Shown: positions 22,028 to 35,782 of the stretch, piece by piece
Numbering within the stretch: the stretch's first letter is position 1
Layout: every line of letters begins with the position of its first letter
Source of the DNA: an uncultured Candidatus Rokubacteria bacterium
GTDB taxonomy: Bacteria; Methylomirabilota; Methylomirabilia; Rokubacteriales; CSP1-6
NCBI GenBank assembly: GCA_963789955.1
Contig: CAWBMV010000034.1
Span: 1,088,001-1,152,000 of the forward strand
Reading direction: 5' to 3'
DNA length: 64,000 bases
Program-made: the position numbers and the translations under genes
The notes under the pieces: model-generated
The model's input: only the letters and a program-made list of their open reading frames with translations
Told to the model about the DNA's origin: nothing
Databases searched by the model: none

Positions 22028-23767
22028 CTAGTCGGTGCGGGGCCCAAGCGTGGCGGACGTTGTCTGAGCTTCGCCCGCTCGCAGATAGAGGACCGAGACC
22101 GTGTCGCCGGGCTGGCGATCGCGGATCAAGGCGCGAAGCTCTTCGAGGCCGTCGACCGTGGTCCCGGCGAAGCGCACGATCACGTCACCCTCCCGAAGGC
22201 CGGCGCGCTCGGCCGCGGTCCCCGGCATCACGCTCGAGAGCGTGAGGCCGTCGGTCCCGGGGCGCGGCACCGCGACGACGCCGAGGAGCGCGCCGCCGGC
22301 GGCGGCTCCGGCGCCCTGCCGGCGAGCCGGCCGCGTCACCTGAGCGTAGGCCGGACGCGACTTCGGCGGCGAGCCGCTCGATGACCCGCGCGCCGACGGA
22401 CGCGACGCGGGCCATGCCGGCCGCGTCGATCTTGTCGGCCGTATCGCCCGGCCGATGGTAGTCGGCGTGACCGCCCGTGGAGAAGAAGAGGACCGGCACG
22501 CCAGCCGCGTAGAACCGGCTGTGATCGGACGGACCGTACGGCGAGCCATTGACGTCGAGCGTGACGCCGTCGGCCTGCGCCGCGTCGCTCACGAGCGCGC
22601 CGAGCCGGCTGCCGCTGTCGCCGCCGGCGACGTGAAGTGGCCGCCCTTGCAGCCGGCCGACCATGTCGAAGTTCACCATCCCGACGGTGCGATCGAGCGG
22701 GACCGCGGGCCGGTTCACGTAGTGGCGAGAGCCGATCAGGCCCAGCTCCTCGGCGCCGAAGAACGCGAAGACCAGGGTGCGGCCGGCGCCGCCGGCCGCG
22801 GCGAATGCACGCGCGAGCCCGAGGACCACCGCGGTGCCGGAGCCGTTGTCGTCGGCGCCCGGGTACACGACGCCGTCGACGCGGCCGAGGTGATCGTAGT
22901 GCGCGCCGACCACGACGGCTTCGGAGACGAGCGCGGGGTCGACGCCGGGCAGAGAGTCCGATGACGTTCGCGGCGCGTGTCTCGTCGGTGACCTGCTCGA
23001 TACGGATGTGCGCGCGGGTGCCCGTCGCGAACGGCACCGGAACCCGCGCCGCGGACAGCGCGCGAGTCACGTCGGCGATCGTTCGACCGGCGGGAGCCAG
23101 GACCGCGTCGGCGACTTCGCGCGTGACGGCACCCGAGAGCAAGCCGACCTCGACCGCCGTCTTGTCCGGCGTCGGGAGCTCGTCGCCCACGATCAGCAAC
23201 GCCGCGGCGCCGCGTCGCTGGGCCGTGATCAGCTTGTCCAGGCGCCCTACCCGCGCGCTGGCCAGCTGCGCCGGCGCGCCATCGAGCGCGAGCGCGATCT
23301 TTCCACGAACGTCAATACCGGCGTAGTCGTCGTAGGCGGGGTCGGCGATCTCGATTCCGTAGCCGACGAACACGACCTCGCCGCTGACCTCGCCGGCGAG
23401 CGAGCCGCCGTGGGCGATCCAGTCGCCTCCGAAGTCGAGCTTCCGTAAGGTCGGCCCGAGCAGGTCCAGACTGCTCGCCGGACCGGGACGCGACGACGTC
23501 TCGAGGACGAAGGTTTGCAGAAAGGATCCCGCGTCTCCGCCGGGCCGGAGCCCCGCGGCGGCGAGCCAGTCGGCGAGCCGGCGGGCGGCATGATCGCCGC
23601 CCGGTGTGCCCGACCGGCGGCCGTCCATCTCCGGCGTGGTCAGGGCATTGACGCTCTCGGCGAGGGACGCGGCCTGGGGCGGTACGATCGCCGTCCGCGC
23701 GGACGCGCCGGCCGCCGCGACGATCAGAAGTATGGCGAAGAGGAAATGTGACGAAACGGCGGGTCAC
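22028..23767 (-). CDS. M28 family peptidase with PA and PDZ domains, split by about 3 indels
   Basis: VGAHYDHLG, GADDNGSG, FGAEELGLIGS, NFDMVGR, SDH; C-terminal PDZ (AERAGLREGDVI). Confidence 0.85.
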
Positions 23768-23964
23768 ATGCGCATTTTACTCTACCCGGAGCGCGGCGCC
23801 GCCGCTGCGGGCGTTCGTGACGCGATCTGCTCAATCCTCCTGGGTGCATGGGCATCGACGCGCAGCGCGCGCCACGCCACGACGCAGGCCACGACACAGT
23901 CGCAAGCGCCCGCAACGCGCCGGCATCGGCGCGTGCCTGTCCACGCGCACCGCAGCGCGGCTTG

Positions 23965-23980
23965 CGGCATCGTCCATGCG
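23965..23980 (+). promoter_or_regulatory. Putative sigma54 (-24/-12) promoter
   Basis: CGGCATC-GTCC-ATGCG, exact GG-N10-GC spacing, followed by AGGAGG and ATG 24009. Confidence 0.5.
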
Positions 23981-24008
23981 ATACTTCGAGGCGCGCAGGA
24001 GGCGACAC

Positions 24009-24266
24009 ATGATCACGATCGCGAGCCTCTGAATCTTGGCCGTGGCAGTTTCCTGGCGTTTTTTCTCGCCGCAGCGTGCGAACAGTGCATCGTTTATTGC
24101 GTCTTCCAATGCGAGGGAGCGATGTCCAGGCGAGTTACCTGGGAAACCAGCCGTAGGGCCGCCCATCGACGTGACGGAGTGCAGCGAATTCCGACCGAAG
24201 AACGCGATCACGTGCATCGACGACGCCGCGCTGCTGGGTCTACCACAGCGGGCGCTCAACGGCTAG
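24009..24266 (+). CDS. Small Cys-rich membrane-anchored hypothetical protein, disrupted by indels
   Basis: SD plus ATG; hydrophobic N-terminus; PIDVTECSEFRPKNAITC motif resembling the 24596 product. Confidence 0.4.
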
Positions 24267-24552
24267 CGCTGGTGGATTCGCGGGCGCCGCCGCCGAGCGC
24301 CCCCGCGCCCAACCGCGCGAGTTGCTCAAAGCAATAACGCTCCTCCTGGGTGCCCCACGCGGAGCCCACCGCCGTGAGCACGTGCACGTTGCCCGATTAC
24401 GAACACGACTTCGCTCGCGACTTCTCCTCGACGACGCGAATCATCGTGGCGATCGAGTGCCGGCGCCTCACGAAGCCGTTAGTGAGGCGTCTGCACCACC
24501 GCATGGCTGGCAACAGCAACGGAATCCCCGCGATTTCTAAAGGCCCCTTGCA

Positions 24553-24568
24553 CGGCGCGATTGATGCA
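24553..24568 (+). promoter_or_regulatory. Putative sigma54 promoter
   Basis: CGGCGCG-ATTG-ATGCA, exact spacing; GAGGAGG at 24582 and ATG 24596 downstream. Confidence 0.5.
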
Positions 24569-24595
24569 CATGCCTTCGCCCGAGGAGGCCGAGCA

Positions 24596-24956
24596 ATGGA
24601 CTGGTTTAGTGAGTGGCAGCCCGTGCCCAATCTGGAGATCGACCGTGCTCAAGCTAATCCGTACCTCGGGGAACTCATGGCCTGGGCCATCTTGATCGTC
24701 CTCGCGTTGGTTGTGACCGCTGTTTGGTACCGTCAGCGCCGGTGGCGTGTCGCTGTTCTGGTAAGCGCAACCGTCGGACGCGACGTCGAAGTCCGCTGGC
24801 TTCAGGTTCGGATGTGCGGTGTCCTGCTCGGCATTCGAACATCTTGATGGCGATCGCTTGCGCCCGGCGTTGTCTCGATCGCAGCTTCCGCGTGCAATGG
24901 CCGCCGGCGCTTGCCCGTCTTTACGGGCGGCGAGACCCCGCGCCTTGTTGTCTGAA
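24596..24956 (+). CDS. Small Cys-rich membrane-anchored hypothetical protein, frameshifted
   Basis: One TM helix, then VGRDVEVR...SCSAFE...AIACARRCLDRSFRVQWPPALP assembled across frames; end coordinate approximate. Confidence 0.45.
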
Positions 24957-25199
24957 ACGGAGGGAGTATGAAGAAGCTTGCGCAACACACCATGCGTTGC
25001 CCGATGGAAGAGCGCTCCGCAACGGTTAAAGCACAGATCTGATCCCGAGGGCTAAGGGTATGATTTCGCAAAGATATGGTTCCGCTCGACATTTCAGTTC
25101 TAACACAGCAACGCTGAACGGCACTCAAAGTCACAGCAGGACGATCTGCTTGCTCCGTCCATCAGATAAGACGCCTGACGGCAGCTGATTCGCCGGAGG

Positions 25200-25481
25200 C
25201 GCAAATTGCCGCTCTTCGAGAGGCTCAGCAATATCTGAAGCAGATCAGCAGGATCCTCGCAGATAGAGGGTTGAGCGTTGAGGCAAAGGTTTCGTGCCGG
25301 GCCCCCAGCAGCGGCGATCGTAGCGGCGGCGTGTTCGGAGAAAGTCGATCTGATCAGTGATGGCGACCCACGGTCGGAGCGGCCTCGAGCGTCTCGTGCT
25401 CGGCAGCATAACTGGTGGATTGTGCAGTGCGCACGTGCCGTTCTCGTCGTCCGCCAGAAGGCGTTCCGTCGGACGTCGTAG
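25200..25481 (+). pseudogene. Universal stress protein (USP) C-terminal remnant or error-ridden gene
   Basis: GPPAAAIVAAACSEKVDLI / MATHGRSGLERLVLGS / AVLVVR across frames; start approximate. Confidence 0.65.
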
Positions 25482-25551
25482 TTGGGGCCACGCCAGCGGG
25501 CGCCGACTTACGCGTCTAGGCGCTCACGACGATCTAGGTGGGGGGAGGTGA

Positions 25552-29318
<3,767 letters not shown>

Positions 29319-29326
<8 letters not shown>

Positions 29327-30338
29327 TCTGTCCACGCGCTACCTGGGTCTGACGCTCAGGAACCCGCTCGTGGCCTCGGCCTCGCCGCTCTGCGAATCGC
29401 TCGACAACATCCGGCGGATGGAGGACGCGGGCGCAGCAGCCGTGGTCCTGCATTCGCTCTTCGAGGAGCAGATCAACCTCGAGAGTCATCACCTGGACCG
29501 CTATCTGTCGCTCGGGACGGAGAGCTACGCCGAATCGCTCACCTACTTCCCCGACATGACGAGCTACAACCTCGGTCCGGATGCCTACCTCGAGCACGTG
29601 CGGCGGGCCAAGGCTGCCGTGGATCTACCGATCATCGGCAGTCTCAACGGCGTCTCGACCGGAGGCTGGATCACCTATGCCCGGGAGATCGAGCAGGCGG
29701 GCGCGGACGCGCTCGAGCTGAACGTCTACTACATTCCAGCCGATGCTGGGCTGACCGGCGGGCAGGTCGAACAGATGTACGTGGACCTCGTGCGCGACGT
29801 GAAGCGGCACGTCACGATTCCGGTTGCGGTGAAGCTCGGGCATGGGTTCAGCGCAATGGCCAATCTCGCACAGCGTCTGGACAGCGTGGGCGCCGACGGC
29901 CTCGTCTTGTTCAACCGGTTTTATTTGCCCGATTTCGACCTCGAGAGCCTCGAGGTCGTACCGCGGTTGACGCTCAGCAGCTCTCACGAGTTACTGGTTC
30001 GGCTGCATTGGGCCGCCATCATCTATGGGCGCGTGCGCGCCGATCTGGCGATCACCGGCGGCGTCCACACCGGTGCCGATGCACTCAAGGCGATGATGGC
30101 GGGGGCCCGCGTGGCGATGATGACCTCGGCCCTCCTTCAGCACGGCATCGAGCATCTGACGGCAGTCCGCGCCGAGCTTGCTCAATGGATGGAATCGCAC
30201 GAGTACGAGTCGATCACGCAGATGCAGGGCAGCATGAGCTACCGCTCCGTGCGAGAGCCTACTGCGTTCGAGCGCGCCAATTACATGAAGGTCCTGAGTT
30301 CATACACCCTCAGGCATCAGGGACCCGGGACACCATAG
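29319..30338 (+). CDS. Dihydroorotate dehydrogenase-like flavoprotein (PFOR-associated type)
   Basis: [45 protein letters not shown]; overlaps the PFOR stop. Confidence 0.88.
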
Positions 30339-30393
30339 GCGTCAGATGGGACGTGGACGGAACCGTGACCGTCATGGCTCGGAGGACGACGGC

Positions 30394-30813
30394 ATGTTCA
30401 AGCGCATCCTGGTGCCACTCGATCTGAGTGGGAGGAATGAACGGACCCTCGATACCGCCCGAGAATTAGCGCAATTGCACCACGCGCGCGTGACGTTGCT
30501 CCACGTCGTCCAGCAGATCCCGGACGCCGCGACGAGCGAGTTGCGTGGGTTCTACCGGCGACTGGAGCGCATGTCAGCGCGGAGGCTCGGGCACATCGCC
30601 GAGCGATTCGCTGCGAGGGGCCTGGGCGTCGCTGTGGCGGTCTGCATCGGGGAGCCGGCCCGTGAGATCGTGAAGACCGCCGCGTCCAAGAAGATCGACC
30701 TGATCGTCATGGGTTCCCACAAGGTCAGGCCGGGTCCCCCTGCGAACGGTTGGGGCACTACAAGCTACAAGGTCGGCATCTTCTGTCAGTGTCCGGTGCT
30801 GCTGGTCAAATGA
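30394..30813 (+). CDS. Universal stress protein
   Basis: MFKRILVPLDLS, GEPAREIV, DLIVMGSH, CPVLLVK; GGAGGA SD. Confidence 0.9.
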   Translation: MFKRILVPLDLSGRNERTLDTARELAQLHHARVTLLHVVQQIPDAATSELRGFYRRLERMSARRLGHIAERFAARGLGVAVAVCIGEPAREIVKTAASKKIDLIVMGSHKVRPGPPANGWGTTSYKVGIFCQCPVLLVK

Positions 30814-30916
30814 AGGCAACGACCACGATGCGGATCGCTCGTGCCGACTTCGTCGCGCTCGTCCAAAATACTCTCGCGACGCCACCACGATCCTGATCGT
30901 ACGACCCGGGGCGCGC

Positions 30917-30953
30917 TGGGGCACGCGTTCTCCAGTGAGGCAACGTCGCCCCA
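30917..30953. promoter_or_regulatory. Tandem 18-bp palindromic sites (putative enhancer for a sigma54 activator)
   Basis: TGGGGCACGCGTTCTCCA and TGAGGCAACGTCGCCCCA; same motif at 31836-31876. Confidence 0.55.
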
Positions 30954-31025
30954 GCCGCGGAGCCGTCCTGAGTCCAGACGCACGTCAAATGGCCAACTTC
31001 ACGTCGATTGCCGCGGGCCGGCCAG

Positions 31026-31040
31026 TGGCACGTTCGTTGC
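31026..31040 (+). promoter_or_regulatory. sigma54 promoter
   Basis: TGGCACG-TTCG-TTGC, a perfect consensus match. Confidence 0.82.
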
Positions 31041-31108
31041 GTCGCGAAGCAACCACGAACACCGTCATCGCGCAGTGAACGGCTGGAAGACATCGAGGAG
31101 GGTATCTC

Positions 31109-31537
31109 GTGATCAGCGAGCTTCGTGCCTTTCTGATCCGCGAACAGGCTCCATTCGAGGTCGGTGATGCCGACGGCCGCCGCTTCGCGAAGGTCGTGGC
31201 CCTGCGCGACGGCGACTTGTACGCGCTGGCCGTTCTGCCGGCGGCGTCCGCCCTCGACCTGATCGGATTCCGCCGCCGAATCGGACGGTACGCCCTGACC
31301 GTCGCCAACGAAGACGAGTTCAGGGGCCAGTTCCCCGAGTTGCCTCGGGGGCCTTTGATGCCGTTTGGACGCTTGCTCGGGATTCCTGTCTACCTCGATC
31401 GCGGCCTCGCCGAGGAGACCGCGATGACGTTTGAGAGCGGCGTGGCTCGCGAAATGGTCAGCATGCCGATGCGCGACTACGTGCGGGCCGAGCGACCCGC
31501 GATCGCACCGCTCGCGCGAGCGCTGCGTGCGGCGTGA
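31109..31537 (+). CDS. YbaK/EbsC-fold protein (divergent)
   Basis: AKVVALR, LAVLPA, PFGRLLGIPVYLDRGL; GAGGAGG SD. Confidence 0.7.
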   Translation: MISELRAFLIREQAPFEVGDADGRRFAKVVALRDGDLYALAVLPAASALDLIGFRRRIGRYALTVANEDEFRGQFPELPRGPLMPFGRLLGIPVYLDRGLAEETAMTFESGVAREMVSMPMRDYVRAERPAIAPLARALRAA

Positions 31538-31550
31538 GGACAAGCATGAG

Positions 31551-31679
31551 TTGAAGGTCGATCTCGTGCTGCTGGCCACGCACGGGCGCGGCGAGATCCA
31601 TCGACTCCTGGTGGGCAGCGTGGCCGACCGCGTGATCCGGATGGCGCCGTGCCCAGTGTTCACGGTCAAGGAGGCTTGA
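31551..31679 (+). pseudogene. USP C-terminal fragment
   Basis: VDLVLLATHGRG..LLVGSVADRVIRMAPCPVFTVK with no N-terminal half. Confidence 0.7.
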
Positions 31680-31835
31680 TTCGGGCAGGTCCGCAGTGCG
31701 ACGTTGATCCGACTGGCTCCGAGTAGAGTCTCCATGGCTCGCGCATCAGCACGTCGCTATGAAGCGAATGTCCGTTCTTGCTCCCCTGAGTTTTCGCGGC
31801 AGCTGCGCCGAGGGTACGCGGCTGCGAAACGCGGG

Positions 31836-31876
31836 TGGTACGACGGCGCCCCACTCGCTGGGGCACCCGCGCACCA
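31836..31876. promoter_or_regulatory. Tandem 18-bp palindromic sites (putative enhancer)
   Basis: TGGTACGACGGCGCCCCA and TGGGGCACCCGCGCACCA. Confidence 0.55.
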
Positions 31877-31926
31877 GCGCTGCTGACGTCCCTTTCCCAA
31901 CATCGCGAAATGACGTCGTTCGGCTC

Positions 31927-31942
31927 TGGCAATCCGTATGCA
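31927..31942 (+). promoter_or_regulatory. sigma54 promoter of hsp20
   Basis: TGGCAAT-CCGT-ATGCA, exact spacing. Confidence 0.65.
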
Positions 31943-31993
31943 CTATTAGATGGTCGACCGGGCCCGAAGAGCGGCCCGGGAAAGGAGGGTGCG

Positions 31994-32428
31994 ATGCGGA
32001 CTCTGGCCCCGTGGGGCGGAGACGTGAGGCGGGAGATGGAGCGTTTCTTCGACCGCTTCGCTGCGCCGATCTGGGAGCCGTTCGAGATGGTGGCTGGCGG
32101 CTGGGCGCCGATGCTCGACGTTTCGGAGACGAAGGACGCCATAGTCGTAACGGCCGACGTGCCAGGCGTCGATCCGAAGGAGATCGAGATCGCGCTCCAT
32201 GGCGACCTGCTCACCCTGCAGGGCGAAAAGGAGAAGGCGACAGAGGAGAAAGAGGGGCATCGCTACCGCATCGAGCGGACCTATGGTGCATTCTTCCGCA
32301 CCATCCGACTGCCGATGGCGGTGGACGGCAGCAAGGTCACCGCGACGTTCAAGAACGGCGTGCTGGTCGTGAAGCTGCCGAAGACGCCGGCCGCGAGAGG
32401 GACGACGATCCCCGTGAAGGCCGAGTAG
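31994..32428 (+). CDS. Hsp20/alpha-crystallin small heat-shock protein
   Basis: WAPMLDVSET, DVPGVDPKEI, ERTYGAFFRTIRLP, ATFKNGVLVVKLPK. Confidence 0.95.
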   Translation: MRTLAPWGGDVRREMERFFDRFAAPIWEPFEMVAGGWAPMLDVSETKDAIVVTADVPGVDPKEIEIALHGDLLTLQGEKEKATEEKEGHRYRIERTYGAFFRTIRLPMAVDGSKVTATFKNGVLVVKLPKTPAARGTTIPVKAE

Positions 32429-32440
32429 CGACCGACGTCG

Positions 32441-32470
32441 CGCCGGGGAGGCCGCATCGCCTCCCCGGCG
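32441..32470 (+). terminator. 12-bp GC-rich hairpin after hsp20 (terminator or mRNA-stabilising stem)
   Basis: CGCCGGGGAGGC-CGCATC-GCCTCCCCGGCG; no U-tract. Confidence 0.45.
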
Positions 32471-32501
32471 AGCTTCGCGCTCGAGGAAAGGAGGCGGTGC
32501 C

Positions 32502-32870
32502 ATGACGTGTCACGTTGCGCGACGGATGAACGAATTCGAGCGACGCCTGCGCCGCGAGCGTCGTGAGACGTACCAGGCCCTCGTGACGACTGATGCCGAG
32601 CTAGCCAGCCGCGAACCGCACAGCGCTGGCGAATCTATGGACGACGCGGCAACGGAGACGGCATGCCGTGTGCTCGCGAACCTTCGCGAGCGCGATCGCC
32701 GCGTCCTCACTGAAATCGACGCCGCCGAGGCGCGCCTGTCGATCGGAACCTTCAGCGTGTGCGCAGACTGTGCACGGCCGATTCGTTTCGAGCGATTGAA
32801 GGCGTTGCCCGCGGCGCGTCTCTGCGTCGCATGCGAAGAGAAAGAAGAGACGGAAAGCAAGCGATGCTGA
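32502..32870 (+). CDS. TraR/DksA C4 zinc-finger protein
   Basis: EIDAAEARL, CADC...RLKALPAARLCVACE. Confidence 0.88.
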   Translation: MTCHVARRMNEFERRLRRERRETYQALVTTDAELASREPHSAGESMDDAATETACRVLANLRERDRRVLTEIDAAEARLSIGTFSVCADCARPIRFERLKALPAARLCVACEEKEETESKRC

Positions 32871-32911
32871 GCTGGGGAGTTATCGCCGTGTGGACTGAAA
32901 GGAGGGACCTG

Positions 32912-33262
32912 ATGGAACGGTTCAGCGGTTTCGTGACAGGCGCCCTGCTTGCGCTGCTAATCACGGCACCGGTCTACGCTCAGCAGCCGAGTACGGCGAA
33001 CGACCCCGGTCATCCCGCGACAGTGGTGTCGTCACCGGCCGCTGCCACGCCCGCGCCGCCGGCAGGGGACATGCGGATGATGGACATGTGCCGCCAGATG
33101 ATGACCGGCGACATGATGGCCACGCCCGTGATGGGGGCGCCCACATCGGCGGATCCGAAAGACAAGGCCGAAATGCTTCAAATGCGCGGCGAAATGATGA
33201 AGGCGATGGGCGACATCATGATGAAACACGCCCGCCACATGCAAGGCATGACGGGTAAGTAG
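32912..33262 (+). CDS. Exported Met-rich hypothetical protein
   Basis: AAGGAGG SD, signal peptide, 18 Met in the last ~65 aa. Confidence 0.72.
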   Translation: MERFSGFVTGALLALLITAPVYAQQPSTANDPGHPATVVSSPAAATPAPPAGDMRMMDMCRQMMTGDMMATPVMGAPTSADPKDKAEMLQMRGEMMKAMGDIMMKHARHMQGMTGK

Positions 33263-33325
33263 CGAAAACGGTGCGGTGCGCGCCCCGCCTGCTTGCGGCC
33301 GGCTGGCCCCGCCGCTCTGAAAAAC

Positions 33326-33358
33326 CGAGGGCCCTTGCGGTCTGCCGCAGGGCCCTCG
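33326..33358. terminator. Hairpin at the right end of the stress island
   Basis: CGAGGGCCCTTGCGG-TCTG-CCGCAGGGCCCTCG, preceded by an A-run. Confidence 0.55.
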
Positions 33359-33700
33359 TCGTTTCGGCGATGTTCGTTGATCGTCTTCGCTTCGTCGTCG
33401 ATCCAGTGGACCAGGCGGACGGCACTGAGCGGCGTATTACCCGGAACGCGATACGACCGGCGCGCGAGCACCGCCAGACCGAACACGACGCAGGATGATC
33501 GGGAAGCCACCCCGCGCTGGCTCTGGGCGCTGAAAATCGAGCTCTCTCTGGCGCGGGGGAGCTGATGAACCCGGACATCGATCCGACAGGGAGAACCGGC
33601 GTACTGGCGGAGCTCAGAAAAGTCCGCGGACTAGCCTATCTACCTTCGATCTCAATTGTCAGCGAAACCGGAAATTGTTGAATCAGCGAACTGGCGCTCG

Positions 33701-34192
33701 TCATTTTTCGGCTCCCGACTTGACCTCCGCGACGCGGCCGCCGGTCATGCGCACGAGGTCGGCGGGGGTCAGCTTGAAGACCGTGTTCGGATGGCCGGCC
33801 GCCGCCCAGATCTCCGACCACCGCAGCAGATCCTCGTCGATCAGGATCGTCAGCGGCTCGGCGTGCGCGACGGGCGCGACGCCGCCGATGGCGAAGCCCG
33901 TCCGTTGCCTCACGAAGTCGGCATCGGCGCGGCCGACCGGCTCGGCGATGAGCGCCGCCACCTTGCGCTCGTCGACGCGATTGGCGCCGCTCGCGATGAC
34001 CAGCACGGCGCGCTGGCTCTGCTCGCCGCGAAAGACCAGCGACTTCGCGATCTGATCGACCTTGCAGCCGACGGCGATCGCCGCCTGGGCCGACGTCCGC
34101 GCCGACTGTTCGAGGGCAATCACGGTGTGGCCGCCGCCGGCCGCGGCCAGCGCATCCTGGACGCGCCGAACGCTCGGGCCGAAGTCGGTCAT
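33701..34192 (-). CDS. YbaK/EbsC aminoacyl-tRNA deacylase family protein
   Basis: QIAKSLVF, ASGANRVDE, TGFAIGGVAPVAH, WAAAGHPN. Confidence 0.9.
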   Translation of the reverse strand: MTDFGPSVRRVQDALAAAGGGHTVIALEQSARTSAQAAIAVGCKVDQIAKSLVFRGEQSQRAVLVIASGANRVDERKVAALIAEPVGRADADFVRQRTGFAIGGVAPVAHAEPLTILIDEDLLRWSEIWAAAGHPNTVFKLTPADLVRMTGGRVAEVKSGAEK

Positions 34193-34929
34193 GAGCCGAG
34201 CTGACGCACGGCGCGCGCGACGTCGGTGGGGTCGGGCCGGATCTGGATGCTGTCGGCGAGCTGGAGCCAGCGGACTATGCCACGCCGATCGATCACGACC
34301 GTCGTCGGTCGCGCCACGTCCTGACCCTTGTGGCCTCCGTGGGCGTGGAGGAGGCCGTAGCGTCGCGTCACGGCGAGGTCACCATCGGTGAGGAAACGGT
34401 ACCGCGCGCGGAGCTTCTGGGCCAGCTCCTGGCTTCTCTCGTTCGGATCGGGGCTGATCGCCAGGATCTGGACGCCCTCGTCGCCGAGCTCGGTCAAGAC
34501 AGCTCCAAGTCCTTGGAGCTCCGCGACACAGAAGGGTCACCAGTAGCCGCGATAGAAGACCAGGACGACCGGCGCGCGCTCACGAAACGACGCGAGGCTC
34601 ACCGCCGCGCCGGTCGCGTCGGGCAAGGTGAAGTCGGGCGCGGGCTCGCCGACGCGGAGCACCGTCGGGGTGGCCGGCACTCTCGCGAGGACGAAGTTGA
34701 AGTACCCGCCGAGGATCAGCAAGACCATCGAGAGCCCGAGCGCCACGAAGTTCGGCCACCGCGCCGCGTGCCACGTCGCCGCGCCCGCGATCACCGCCGC
34801 GATCGCGAATGCCACGAGGTAGAGCCCGGGGTGATTGCGTACCGCCGGCACACGCAGGAACGCGTAGTAGCCGGCGATGGCGCCGAGCGAGAGGAGCACG
34901 CTCAGGAGCGCCGGCCAGTACCGGATCAT
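34189..34929 (-). CDS. Membrane-anchored AhpC/TSA peroxiredoxin-like protein with in-frame TGA (probable Sec131, UPFC)
   Basis: 3 TM helices, then VGEPAPDFTLPD...VLVFYRGYW-TGA(34539-34537)-PFCVAELQGL, continuing in frame into ORF 34189..34497. Confidence 0.85.
34501..34520 (-). promoter_or_regulatory. SECIS-like hairpin
   Basis: AGCUCCAA-GGAC-UUGGAGCU starting 16 nt after the UGA; loop begins with G. Confidence 0.65.
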
Positions 34930-35624
34930 CGCGCCAGCACGACCCGGTCGAACGTCTCCGCGTAGGCGTAGCCTTTCGGCTTGCCGAGCTCGGCCGCTCG
35001 CTCGCGGATGCGCTTCTCGACGCCGGCGAAGTCGGCGAACTGACTGGCGTGACAGGCCAGCGCCTTGATCTTGAGGTCCATCACGTCGCTGATGTCCACG
35101 ACGAGCTGCGGATTTTCCCACTGCATCAGATGGATCTCGAGCGCCTTGTGGGGCTCGAAGTCGGGCATCAGCTCCGGGAACGACAGGTGGTCGCGGGCCA
35201 GCGGATAGACGCAGTCGAGGGTGACCCCGGCGACGGTCCGGTGATCGCGGTGCGAGCCCCCGAGGTTGTACGTGCGGTGCGGGTTCATCGTGATCACGAG
35301 ATCGGGGCGCCACCGTCTGATCTCGCGCGTGACGTCGCGCCGGAGGTCGCGCGTGTCCTCGACCTCGCAGTCGGGATAGCCGAGGAACTCCACGCGGACG
35401 ACGCCGAGCGTGCGGGCGGCGTTGCGCTGCTCTTCCTCGCGGATGCGCGCCAGTCGCTCGGAGGTCATCGTACGGTCGCCGGAGCCCTTGTTGCCGTTGG
35501 TCACGATGACGTACGTGACCTCGCAGCCATCCCGCACGAGCTTCGCGACGGTGCCCCCGGCGCCGAACTCGGAATCGTCAGGATGGGCGGTCACGACGAG
35601 CACGCGCTGGATCTTCTCGGCCAC
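34926..35624 (-). CDS. PIG-L/LmbE family deacetylase
   Basis: VTAHPDDSEFG, R.EEQRNAA, HRDH; ATGA-coupled to the Prx-like gene. Confidence 0.9.
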   Translation of the reverse strand: MAEKIQRVLVVTAHPDDSEFGAGGTVAKLVRDGCEVTYVIVTNGNKGSGDRTMTSERLARIREEEQRNAARTLGVVRVEFLGYPDCEVEDTRDLRRDVTREIRRWRPDLVITMNPHRTYNLGGSHRDHRTVAGVTLDCVYPLARDHLSFPELMPDFEPHKALEIHLMQWENPQLVVDISDVMDLKIKALACHASQFADFAGVEKRIRERAAELGKPKGYAYAETFDRVVLAR

Positions 35625-35719
35625 GGTAGCTTCTTGTAGCGCATGTTCTATTGTAGCGGGGACCGTGAGGCCGGCTCGGACCGAGGGTGGCCTGAGACAG
35701 GTGCTGGCCGGCTCCGCAT

Positions 35720-35782
35720 GCCCGCTCAACCGTTTACGGCTTACGCCCGCTCGACCGTTTACGGCACGCCCGCTCAACCGTT
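35720..35782. repeat. Three imperfect tandem copies of GCCCGCTC(A/G)ACCGTTTACGGC
   Basis: Copies at 35720, 35745 and 35768 (partial) in a divergent intergenic region. Confidence 0.8.

Noticed and set aside
24030..24032. In-frame TGA in the 24009 ORF as Sec
   Set aside because: Falls in a hydrophobic N-terminus with no redox motif, in an indel-rich region
33330..33700. tRNA, att site or integrase remnant at the island's right border
   Set aside because: No cloverleaf, no integrase motif, and no direct repeat matching the left border that I could find
35720..35782. Mini CRISPR array
   Set aside because: Spacers are only 2-4 nt and there are no cas genes
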